Assembly (NCBI RefSeq): GCF_002113885.1
Contig: NW_018404396.1
Span: forward strand, 588,503-652,502
Length of the DNA stretch: 64,000 nucleotides
Reading direction: 5' to 3'
From: Mizuhopecten yessoensis
Lineage: Eukaryota
The position numbers and the translations under genes are program-made. The notes beneath the pieces are model-generated. The model was not told the DNA's origin. It did not search any database and was given only the letters and a program-made list of their open reading frames with translations. Positions 40,701-54,300 of the stretch are shown here, in pieces. Positions within the stretch are counted from its first letter, which is position 1. The number at the start of each line of letters is the position of its first letter.

Positions 40701-41469
40701 ATGAGTTATGCGTAAATTAGCATAGTACGTTTGTTTGGGATTTGCATGTCAAAAAGATGTAACCATTCGGTTGCATATTTACCATAAAACGGCGGTGCTT
40801 AGTGGTACATTACAAAGTGTCTGCGTTATCTGATAGCATTGTCATCAACGGGGTTCTTTGACCTATGCCAGACCTTTAGTAGTTCTCTGATTTTATTGTT
40901 GGCGCTTCGAGAAGAGAATAACGCTTTTTATCCCAATTTCATTAAATATTCAAACTGTATTTGAAATATGAAACATAAGCCTGTATTGTGATACAACTGT
41001 GTCGGTTTAAAGATGTGACACCTCATCTGATTTACACAACACTGTACGGTACCGTTTTTATCGCAAAACGTATCAGATATTCCAGGTAGTCTACTGCTCC
41101 TAATCATTAATACAGCTCACACACTCACTTATAAAGGCACAATAACCTCACTCCTATCGACAATTATAATTGTTATCTGACACCCCGATTTTAAATTAAT
41201 ATGAGACATCTTTTATAAAAGATTTTCACATCAAAATACTAAGCAGAAAAAAAGCAGCTATATATATTTCCACAGAATGTAAATATTCCCTCTGTATTGT
41301 TTCTCATTACAGTTCATCACAGAAAAGATTATATAAGATTTTATGTTATATTATCTCAAGTCAGTGTCATGGAGCCAATAATGCTGCAGAAATACAGCAT
41401 ATTCAACAACAGAAAATGATACATTAGGGTATAGAGAAATGCACAAATACAGTAATGAAAAATGTTATA

Positions 41470-42300
41470 GAGCGAATACAGTATAGAGAAATTATACAAT
41501 ATAGAGAAAACTAAACTGCAGAAATACAGTATAAACTTTAAATGTACGAATGCAGTATAAAGAATAGTATGTAAAGCAAATGTAGTATAGAGAAAAGTTA
41601 AGTGTTAGAATGTAGCATAAAGAAAATTATATTGCAAAAAAGTAGTATAGAGAAAGTTATACTGCAGCAATACAGTATAGAGAAAACTATACTGCAGAAG
41701 TACAGTTTAGATAAAAGCATACTGCAGAAAATACAGTGCACAGACAATTAAACTGGAGAAATACAGTAAAGAGAAATGCATACTGCAGAAAATACAGTGC
41801 AGAGAAAACTAAACTGCAGAAATACAGTAAAGAGAAAATCATACCGCAAAAAATACAGTACAGAGAAAATTAAACTGCAGAAATACAGTAAAGAGAAAAT
41901 TAAACTGCAGAAATACACTATAGAGAAAAGCATACTGCAGAAATATAGTATAATAAAAGGCATTCTCCAGAAAATACAGTACAGAGAAAATTAAAGTGCA
42001 GAAATACAGTACAGAGAAAATTAAACTGCAGAAATACAGTATAGAGAAAATCATACTGCAGAAATACAATACAGAGAAAATTAAACTGCAGAAATACAAT
42101 ACAGAGAAAATTTAACTGCAGAAATACACTATAGAGAAAATCATACTGCAGAAATACAATACAGAGAAAATTAAATTGCAAGAAAACTGTTTAAAGATAT
42201 TTTAAATGCACCAAACAGTACAGAGAAAATGATACTACCCAATTTTGTATTGAAAAAATAAAGTTATGTAAATACAGTACAGAGAGAATTATACAGCGCG
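41470..42300. repeat. 30-bp minisatellite (AAATACAGTACAGAGAAAATTAAACTGCAG)
   Basis: Direct reading. It gives 10-aa periodicity to the overlapping ORFs on both strands. Confidence 0.93.
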
Positions 42301-45300
42301 AATACATTAAAAGAATTTTAAATACATGAATACAGTACGATGAATATTATTTGAATGCAGAAAACAGAAAAGAAACACTAGGCGGATAAAGTATAAAAGT
42401 AGTATAAAACCTGCACAAATATAGTATACTTCAAATCAGACTGCTCGAAAACAATATAGTGATAAGGTTTACCTAGCTGTGTTTATCAATTAAAATATAA
42501 CATCTGTATGTAATTTTTTTATTTTCAAAATGGTATCGCTTATTTCATGATATATAAATGTCATTTAAAAATGTCTTATTTAAGTTGTGAAAGTTCCATC
42601 ATATAGTCACATATTGTGTAATGTACTCGGACCTTGGCGAAGGTACGTTCCGATACCATGTTAGTTCAGTCAGTATTAACAGTGTTACTCGAAGCTCTGA
42701 AGACCCAATGTTAAACACTTGGCTGTGGTGAGAGCTAAACAGGACTTTGTCTGAGCTGCGACAAGGACCATGCCCAACCCGCCAGTTTGTCTATGTTAAT
42801 GTATTACACTTAAAATCAATTGGGAAATGACAAATTATGAGGGAAATATGATAATTATGTAACACGAGCTTTAAAGTTACAGCACGTACCAGGATTATCG
42901 TACACATCGCCTTGAGCACGGCATTATATGGCTTCAAAAAACAATCATGATTTCCCCTAACCCGACAAACCATTTAAGTTTTAGGAGGCACAATGCCTGC
43001 ATAGATAAATAGACGAGATAGACGGATTGCTGCTCCTACCGTTTAATGTAGGTCTACCCTGAATGGCGTGCGGCTATTGTTGAGCCTCAGCCCTGCTGGA
43101 CAGCAATACCGGATCAACAGGACACCCCATCAGGCTGGCGGTGTATATGATATTTGTGGGGGAGGGGAAAATAAGGAGGAGGAGGTGACACTGCCCCTGT
43201 TGCCACCAATTGTCCTCTAGCCCCTGGTAATGTCTATTGTCGTGGGCCCATGGTGCCACACATTGTCCACCGTAGACAAGGTGTTTGTAGAAAAAAGGCA
43301 CAGCAATGACGGCAATACCGGCAACTCCACGGCAGGGAGACCCGGGCAGCAATCAAGGACGACACTACTCCGAAACTCCACCATGCTCATAATTAATGAC
43401 TTCGACATTTCCCCGTCACAGAACGCTGGGATTATTGAGTTTAAATGAGACTGTGGCAGTACCTGGTCGGTGACACAAAACATGGCCGTCACTTTACCGC
43501 CAGGCTCGGTGGGATCTCTCCACGCCATTCATACAAAACACAAACGTGATGAATGGGGCCAAATCTCTATGTAAATTAGGGCGGAGATATTAAAATACTT
43601 TCATTTATAAGCGTTCAATTATATTTTATAATACTTTTACGGCCGTGAATGGAGTATAGACACCCCATATGTGTGTATTAATGCATTGTGTTCGCGTTTC
43701 ATCGCTAACGGCTTAACAGTAAATTGTCAGAGAAAATTCAAGATTTTACAAAACCCATTTAAATGGCGAAATCTTTACTAAATGGATTAATGTCTGAAAG
43801 TGTAACTAATGGTAAGCGATAAGACAACTCAATACGATATGGCAGGTCTGTTAATCAGCATTGTAACCGCATATCGAACAGACTAGACGCACAGTCTCGC
43901 CAAATACACATTCTTCACATAGCTATCGTAACATTAATACCGATTTACTTTTTATATCCTGCCGATTGTTTCAATCAATTAAAATAATAACGTATCGTTT
44001 ATTGAGAGGCGGGTATCACGTTTTTTTAGTAAGTCTGTTTTTCATATGGTCAATTTACAAATAACAAACATTTAGGCATTGTTTGAGTGTCGGTACTTGC
44101 GGCTGTTGCTGTGAGAGGACATCACCAGCCGATGTAATGATGTCAGTAATGAGCGTACGACAGTAAATTGTAACCAAATCTACTGTAGTTAAACACACAC
44201 AAACATAAAGGTGTGATACTAGCCAGACCAGTGTCGCCTTACCGATAAATTCGGCCTCCATTACACCACGGGTCTAGGGCCTGTTCAGATGAGGATTCCG
44301 TCCGAGCACCACGTCCCGTCAGCCACCCAAGGACTAAGTTTATGGGGACATTGTCTACATAAACACTGTCTATCATAAATAAACACCACATACACAAACT
44401 ATACACAACCTCAATGACTGTCTGGATTTTTTGTGTAGAAAGAGATGTCGTCAATATATGAAAAAAAACTTCTACGTCCGGAAAAGCAAGCTTGGTACAA
44501 AGTATCAACTTTCATCGCATGGTAAGATTTCAAATTAAAAGGTGTCATTTTAAAAGTTTAAGGATTACCACAAGTTACATGTACCAAGGGTCTTGTATAC
44601 ATACACAACTGAACACATATGTCCCAAATAAAACGATGACTGCCCGTTAATTCCCTATATCTTAACATACTTTTGTATATCTAACCCCCCTTAAGATATA
44701 ATTAAGATTAAACGTAATTAACGCTATATCATTGTGTTAATTAGTAGGTGATAGTTCCACTATACCAGTTAGTTTATACGACGGTCAGATCGTATATATA
44801 TCGAAAAGGATTCATTGGACAGATTCAATATAATGCTATTATGTTTCAGCATATGTATTTTATATATTTCACATATTAAAACCTTTAAGTTAGATCACAC
44901 GACATTTATTTGGAAATAGCTTTGTTTGCTACATCTTTCAATGAGCACCTGTTCTCCATTGTACGTAGCTGTTAGGGTTTTTTTCAGTTCAGTAATACAG
45001 TTTGGTACAATGTTGGTAATATTGAACCTATTTATGCATTGAGGGTCAGCAAAGGTAACCTTGTGGTCCATTTATCACTCGATACAACAGTGTTCCTAGT
45101 GATGAATGTAGTCGGGGAAATATCTTTACAAGTATTGCAGACGACATGTGTATACGAAAAGTACACCGTTTCTGCACAGTTCTAATTATGTCGTTTAATA
45201 TACTATCTCCGCGCGCTTTATGCCCATTTTACAGGTCTGTAGACGTTTTATATGACTATTCAGTTCCAGTATTATTTAACAGGTGTACCACTTCCCAAAT

Positions 45301-45864
45301 AGCGCCCGGTCAACCCTACCCGTCGCTTTGCTGTACATGTTCTGCTTCGTCAAGTTAGCAGTAGGCTATTTTACGCTTTTTGTGTTTGAATGAATTTCTG
45401 AAGATTTTTATGTATCTTTTAAAAATACGTCAATTGAATGTCATGAAAAAGTTTTATACGAAATGACAATCTTCCTTTTATAAGGGATAAAACGACATTA
45501 TGGTTAAATTTAAAGTAAAAAAATGTTGTTTCATAAATGTTTATTTATAGTCATGATAAGGGTTTACATTGTACGCTTGGTATGAGTTCTGTGATCTGAA
45601 CAACACACAATACCTACTCATGTCAATGGAGACACATACTTGTCGGAGTACTAGGGTAATTCGTACCGTTACCACGGTAACTTAAACAGTAACAATCTTA
45701 CAGGCGTTATTAAAGACAAAATATATAAGCAGTCTATGTGTATATTTGTATCTCAGCGTAAAGAGAGAATAAAACTGCACAAAGAACAGAAACTACATAT
45801 TTGTACAAGAACAGAAGCTGCATGTTTGTAAATAAAACACACACAATATATAGAAGGACAAGTC

Positions 45865-46785
45865 TACATATACATAAACTAAAAATAGACGCCACTAATT
45901 TGTACATAAACATATACGAAGAATATATGCCACTTATTTGTACATAAACTAAGAATAGACGCACTTATTGTACATAAACATAACCTAAGAATAGACGCCA
46001 CTAATTTGTACATAAACATAACCTAAGAATAGACGCCACTAATTTGTACATAAACATATACTAAGAATTGACGCCACTAATTTGTACATAAGCAAAAATT
46101 GAGAATAGACGCCACTAATTTGTACATAAACAAAAATTGAGAATAGACGCCACTAATTTATACATACACATAAACTAAGAATTGACGCCACTAATTTGTA
46201 CATAAAAAAAATTGAGAATAGACGCCACTAATTTGTACATAAACATAAACTAAGAATTGACGCCACTAATTTGTACATAAATATAAACTAAGAATAGACG
46301 CCACTAATTTTTACATAAACATAATTTAAGAATAGACCCCACTAATTCGTACATAAACTAAGAATAGATGCCAATTATTTGTAAATAAACATAAACTAAG
46401 AATAGACGCCACTTATTCTTACATAAACATAAACTAGGAATAGACGCCAATAATTTGTACATTAATATAAACTAAGAATAGAAGCCACTCATTTGTTCAT
46501 AATAATAAACTAAGATAGAAGCCACTTATTTGAACATAAATATAAACTAAGAATAGACGCCACTAATTTGTACATAAAAATAAACTTAGACGCCACTACA
46601 TAAACATAAACTAAGAATAGAAGCCACATATCTGTTCATAAACATAAACTAAGAATAGACGCCACTAATTTGTACATAAACATAAACTAAGAATAGACAC
46701 CACTTACTTGTACATAAACTAAGAATAGATGCCACTAATTTATACTTAAACATCAACTAAGAATAGACGCCACTTAATTGTACAT
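45865..46785. repeat. ~38-40-bp minisatellite (ACATAAACTAAGAATAGACGCCACTAATTTGTACATAA)
   Basis: Direct reading, roughly 24 copies. Confidence 0.93.
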
Positions 46786-49700
46786 GTGCTTAAGCAAAGC
46801 ATAGGAGCTGCAAACATGTTTTGTATATCACAAATACTTATCGTCAAAAGAAGAGACATGTTTGTGTATAAACCATCTTAACGTCACATAGAAAAAAACG
46901 AGAAGGCTTGTTTCGTATGCTGGCAGTATTTTCCAAAACAATTACGTTTACAGGTAAAATAACACCCTCCAAAAATCAGATAATCAAAATAAAATTAATT
47001 CTTTTATAGACATAATAATAATTCCCCCGAATTACATTCGAATACGTTCCCACATCAAGCACTTCAAGGACCGGAACGTAAATTCGATACCAAATGGCAT
47101 CAACAGGAATTAAACAGTTACATACAAAAACGGAGGCGAAATGTTATGCTCCTGAAGAGTAAACTCTTCCGGCACCACATTTGGTATCTATCATGATGTC
47201 ATCTTTCACACTCAGGAAATGTTGCATGCATGTAGAAGTGTGCCCCTAATCCTATGTAAGGATAAGAAGCAGTGTATATGCTATAGTAGCCTTTACAATA
47301 AAATTGACGTCATTATAAGTCTATATTTAAAACTAAGGAAAGCACTGTGGCAATAATGAATAACAACAATAATAATAATAATAATAATATAGTGTAGACC
47401 GACCCTATGTCCAAAATTTGACCGTGGGTACACCAAAAACAATTGGTAAGCGTATATAACGTTAGAATGTCATATATCATCGTAAAATCATGAAACAGTA
47501 TGAGGTGAGTATGCATAGTCTCTACCTTGTACACACTGCCTATCTATACATAGCTGAATCAAAAACAAAACATTGAACCAACACAAAAATTAGGTCCTAG
47601 CTTACTATTCTGGGACGCGAGATTCTCGTTACAGTACAATGTCCAAATGTAAGGGTTCGAAACGATTTTCGTGGCTTATCTTACTCATAAATATGTCTTT
47701 GCCAAAAGTAGCCGGTGATTTAATCATAACTAAACAAAAACAATATTTTCTGGCTTTATCAAAAACGTATACCTCACTTAAAGATAACCATACTAAAATG
47801 ACATCTGGTTCACGCCTTCACCTTCATGTTCAGTAATGTAATACTTGAAAGGTGACTTTAACTCCTCATTGTACAGATACAGATTTGTTTCAAATATTAT
47901 TGTTTTGACTCCAAAATAATTTTGCTTGAATCGATAATCTAACATAATTTTAACTTTTCCTTATTACAATACAAGCCGTTTGAAGATCGACACATCCCTC
48001 TAATGGCGCGACCAATGCCAACACCAGCGGTCACACCCGGCCATTGTTGGAAGTGTTTACTTTTGCGGGTCGGCACCGAGAGGCGGCATCGCGACCGCTC
48101 ACCTGTATTATTATGGGATGGATTGAAGCCAACAAGTCATATTATGACATAGATGGGAATACTATAAGGGGATGCAAAGTCAATATCATTAGCGAAGTGA
48201 TGGTGATGACTGTGGGAGTTATTGGAGGATCAGTTAGATGACATAAAATGACGTCGATGGTGGCCATCCCCTCCATCGTCGTCCAACGGTTCGTTATTTT
48301 AAACAAATATTTGTGCAATTCAACTGTAGTTTTTATCGTGAACTCGTCTAGTGTTGATTTCCTGTTGTAGTCTCTTTCAGATTATTGCTTTTTCTACCAG
48401 TGTTCAATTTCTGACACATTCCATTTCGAATTTTCCTGATATTTGATTTCAGAATTAGAAGCAGCGGCAACTAGAAGATCACATGACCGACGTGTTAGTC
48501 CTACTCAGGTAGGTATTGTCTTCATTTAATCACTTCATAAAAAAGAATTGTAAGCTTTACTTACCAAATCATGTCGTTTAAATAACTTTGTAAAATAAAA
48601 TATTAAAGCGAAAATGTGACTTAGAAATCATAAAACACACACCAGTGAATATGTAGCTCAGAGAAATATTCTTAAAACATACCTCAGTAAGCATGTGACT
48701 TGAAAATCATAACATGATACTCAAGTGAAAATGTGACTTAGAAGCAATAATAACACAATAATAACACATACCACAATATAATTATATGACTTTGAAATGA
48801 TAAGGGAAAAAAACTAGCAAAAATGGGACTCGGACATTATAACACCTAAAAAAAAAATCCGCATGTGTTTTAATGTCCGAGTCACGTTTTTGAAAGAAAC
48901 TTAATTGCAAGAAGAAATAACCACTAAATACGAGAAATGTCAGCTTAAGCCTCACGGACATACATTTTTCAGTTTATAAAATATCAAGGCGATGCTGAGT
49001 GGAAGAAGAAACATATAGAAATCGTTGCCGAAATATGAAATGATATTATAATATATATACAAGAACCCACAAAAAAATGTAAAGAGCTAAATTGGATTTG
49101 AACATCTGCGTCAACATCAAAAATTAGGAATTCGTAGTCAACAAAACTAAGACACCGGGAATAAAAGAATATAAATATAAATGATACAATGACTTCAAAT
49201 ATAACTTTTGATAACCCTTGTGTTATGTGGAAAGTATATTTCGCACGTAATCTAAATAATTACTACAAGGATGGTACACAACTGGACACGTTGCTGTAAT
49301 GGTGTAACAAAATTAATGCGCCATTCATACGATAAGATGGACCGAACGAGTAAACTGACTGGAAACTGGTTGTTATCACAGTCCACATGTACCGAGTTTT
49401 GGGGAATAGGTGCCTAGGGCCTCTCCCCTATCATGGGCCAACTTTACGTCTGTTTGATCTGTCTCTGGGTTGTATCACCTTCAGACGACCACATCACGAG
49501 ACCAAGCAATATCCCCCTCCTCGCTATCACCCATGAAGAATGCGGAATATGCTGTATATAAATATTTTCTAACCCCCAGTATATCTAGCATGGGGAACAA
49601 AAGTCGTATAAAAATCTTATAAAATAAAGATCATATGTCTACTTTGTCTATATAATTGCAATTCTTTTCGTAGAACATATAAGGGTTTTTTTCTTGACGT

Positions 49701-51059
49701 GTCACATGTAACATAAGGAGAGCAATATCTGCAGCTTGTTGACTAATGACTCAAAAAATTACTTTGATGAATGAATTACATCAACTATTAATTTAATCAA
49801 GTGTTAGTCAAGAATTAAAAGCATATTGGGATAAGTATAACAGTTTGTATCATCCTGCCTTTTGTTGCATATTAAATTATTTTTTAATGAATCTGTTTGG
49901 GGTTATATCTATTGATGTTTTATTTGAAATAGCCTAAAACAAGGTTCACTATTTTCATATTTTCTGAAATTCCATATTTTTGAGTTATGGTTAGAAGGAT
50001 TCGGGAGAGATAAAGACGACACTGTTTATGACATTAGCTATAAATCTTTTACACCATTAACAATGCTTGTCACTTGTCACCTCAATATAGTATTATAATG
50101 GTCCGTATTTTCCCCGTGAACGACATGTACTATAACGTTTGAGGGAGCGGGTCTGAATGGATATCGATATGTACCCGTATTATCAATTAATCCCCGTAGA
50201 GTATCTATTAATTGTATATATTGACATTTTTTATTATTTCTTTCAATGAGTTATCCCTCTAAAATGTTAAAGATTTAATGAAATATAACACCTTAGGTTC
50301 ATACAATGTCAAGGAAAATTCCAGGTGTGATAGAATTTAATACTGAGTATAATGAAAATATTTAAACATTTTATAATGGTTTAAACTTACGTTTGTCTGT
50401 GATTTATCTAAGAAGGAATGTGTATTTCCTTTGATGCGAACAGACTAGTTTCATAGTGAAAACGACCGGAGTAGATGTGAAATATATATCCAAGAGTACA
50501 TCTTATTCAGATACCTGTGCTTAGCTTGATTGAATTTATTAAAACATGTTTATTTCAGATTTCGTCACGGTGACTTTCATTATTGTAACTGTGCTGTATG
50601 CACAATCTCACATCCGAAGCCTCCGCACATACCCCATCATGACTGGCCTGGCAGTGTCAACTATTGTATAGCAAAAACCTTAAAAATACCGATGAAATTT
50701 ACATAACAACATTCTCTTGGCATTTTTACGAGGGCCATACACTTGTTCGTTGATAATTAATTACATTCAAGATCTTGATCAGCACCTACCTTCTAAATTG
50801 TTCACCATTTTATAACATCTCACCGTAAAAGACTATCCTTAAAATATTTCAGCGATAATTGAATATCATCCCCAGAAGGCCAAGCACATGAGGCGTGTGA
50901 ATTTAGTCATATTTCCAATGTAGATTTGAACCTCATAATCGTAACCATTTCATAGATAATGACAATACAGCTATTTACTATTCCAAATCATACACTATTC
51001 TCTAACCCATTCTATATCGGACATTATTCTCAAAAAAGTATATGAAAGATGAACGAAAG

Positions 51060-51330
51060 ACACACACATTGATTGCATCAATGAGACTTGGTAATAGAAG
51101 CAATATGCCAAAACTGAATTACACAGCACCGTTCTTCTGTTGCATCCTTCTAGGACTCATCCGTAATGCAAAAAGATGGCTATCCAATTTGGTCTAAACT
51201 GCTGTTGAAACTAAAGTGGAGGAGCGTAATACCGTAATACCATTTAATTATATGAATTACAAAAAGTAGAGGAGAAGGTTAATTCTAAATTAATAACATG
51301 TAAAGTGTTTATATAATGAACCGTTCTACT
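51060..51330 (+). mobile_element. Possible decayed LINE (CR1/L2-type) AP-endonuclease fragment
   Basis: HIDCINETW** followed by SGGA and a CLY motif, in the order expected for APE motifs (ETW, GGGV, YRPP). Weak and judged by eye. Confidence 0.3.
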
Positions 51331-54300
51331 ACTCCAAAGAGATAAGTGTTGCCATCAAGATTATGTCAAACCTCATGGACTAAAAAATCCATCTGGACAG
51401 ATGAACGTAACACACACACTGCACCTATAGACAATCTAACCAGTTCAATTACAGACAATACTTTCCAAAATGTGCCATTTCAGACATCACCCTCAAAACA
51501 TTCCATGGAAAACAATTCTCTCAAGATATAAATGTGTTTCTTAGAACGATACACAACACTCCAAATATATGAGCAGAGGCATCATTCCTAACTATCATAT
51601 TATGCGAGCAAATAATACTCTGGAAAGTTATGGTTTCCAAAACAGATAACACTTCAATTTTCCCCGAGTAACTGACACTAGATTAAGACGTCAAACTACA
51701 ACACAGATGATAACCAGGCGGTCAAGCAAAGTACAAAATTATATAAATTTCAAAGCTGCTACATATTTAACTTTCAACTTCACGAATCTTGCATGCAAAT
51801 TACAGTTCACAAATCTTGCATACGATCAAACTATGTGCTATATATTTAAAGGACCATATTATCATTTACAAACCTATATATTGCAACCCTATTTAGTGTC
51901 TTTAACTACTAAAATTACAATGAAGACGTCATTTTAATTTTCAAGTTGGAATATATTTTATCTATAATTCAAGATAATTCAAAAATGTTAAATTATGTTT
52001 TGACGTCAACACCAGGGCAAATCAATCAACAGAAAACAAAGGAAATCCGAGCACGGGAACGACAGGTGCTCTGGGAGAGTAAGCGCCTCCTCCACCACAT
52101 GTGGCTCTCGTCACTATATCTCCCACCAAGTCTAGGCAATTAACCTTACAGATAGGGATCAAATGTTCATATATATTTTGTTCATAATATTTAAAACGAT
52201 TGTTAGTGGGCAGTTTTCATAATGTTACCGCGATTGTAATCATTGACAAAGTTGTGTATATATATTTAGTTTATTGAGTTTTACCAAAACCAAACAAGCA
52301 CAAATACGATAGAAATATACATAATAAAATTATATAATTGTATTCTTATGTTACTTTTTTTGTGGAAAACTATTTAAGATTGAGGTATCGTGAGTTCAGT
52401 TTGTTTTCAATTATACAGAAATACAGAATCTTTTTGTTCATCGTGTGATCATGTCTTTGTTGGATTTTAATTTAATTATATAATTCAGGAGTCACCAAAA
52501 TGAGGTATAACTTCAGATATAATATCAATTCCTCCGTTTATAGATAAGTATTATATAAATTGATTAGAGTAGTTGTTTATGTATATTTCAAAACATGTTG
52601 AATATCATCTCTCTAGATATTAAATCGGTCTGAATTCTGTAAATCTTTTATTTTAATGTGTACAAATAAACGTTAATCAAATTATGTTTTAAGATTACGT
52701 CTTCCGTTGACAATTTAGTCATGCTTTATATTTGAATCATTAATCAATGAAAAAAATAGACAAGCCTGTATAAACCATCATATCTTAAATATGCATATTT
52801 ATATATATATATATTATAAATCAGAATATATATATATATATATATATAAATCTTTCACTGTCGAGGAACATAACCAAATTAAAACAAGTAGTTATTATCA
52901 CGAAAAACAACACATTCTTAAGCAGGATATTTACTAGTACCAGAACCTCAAATAAACATTAATATCAAAAACTCTGTTACATACACTTTGCTGGTAAAAA
53001 GCAGAATATGTTCGACGGTCCTGTGATACCATATGTTGCAAAATCATCTCTGTAAAAAAAACGAATCGAAACCACAATCATTCGAGTCCGTATTATGCAA
53101 AACTCACTTATCTTGATAATCGGAAAACGTTTGCCATCAAGAAATGGAAATCTGAGAATAAACATGAAGACAGTGAGCTGTCAGAAACTCGTCAGTTGAT
53201 GTCACCTGATACTCTCTAGCTAGCCATGCATGGTGATGTTCCCAAACACAGAAATAAACCCCGACGCGCACGACACCGTAGGATATACATACACATCAAC
53301 GCGACGGTAGCAAAAACAACAGGGAAATCATTCTCATATATTATGTTAACGAAACCAACAGCATTATCTGTATATACCGATAAAGTATTGTATTGTCTTA
53401 ATCGTAGACAGTGCAAAAACATGAAAGATAAATGGTTAAAACGACCAATGAATTAGATACGCGCATTCCATTTTAAGTCCTCGTTTTTGGTGGGGGGTTT
53501 TAATGGATTACTACAATATTTGTTTTTGTTACATTGTGTACTTTAAAGTATTTCAATTATTTTTCTTAAGTGTTTGATACTTGTACTAGTACATTTTTAA
53601 TGAAGATCTGTCACGTAACTGCTCTTCTAGTTTTTCAAGTCTGATTTTTGTCTTCAAACGTTATTGTTTCTTTTTCCAACAAGCATGATCCAATGACGTT
53701 GAAAAAGTCATCGCTTTTTACTAATAACTATCCAAAATATTTTTAGCGAGATATGATTAAATTTATCACTTCAAAAAGTTATTTTCTAAAATTTATTCTT
53801 AACTTTCGGTATACAATTATGTCTTTCCTCATCTAGCAGATAAAGATGGCAATAAAAAGGAAGCAAAATGTTTACAGTGTTTGTTTTCAAAAGCAGCTTG
53901 TATATCCGTGACGGATGTACCGAAATACTCACAGTGAATCATGTTTAAATGACACGAAAAACACTCTGCCGTCCGGAAATATGTATCTTCTTCGTCATCG
54001 TTTTTAATAATATATATGCACACCAGTCATCAATATCAAGTATGGGTCACACAGACATCAACTGCAAGTGCATCAGTGAGACATATTATGATTTGTTATG
54101 TTAACTTTGTCAGAAAACTTCATTAGTGTTTATAAATTGGACAACTGTTACATGAACTAAGTGTAAACGTTTTAGTAGGCCGATCGATCTCGTAATGAAT
54201 TGAATGTTGTACATTTCTAAACCCCTTTCCAGATGTTCCACGTCAGTATAATAGCATTTCTAGTAATTATAAAATGGTTAATTCTAGTATAACAATGAGC

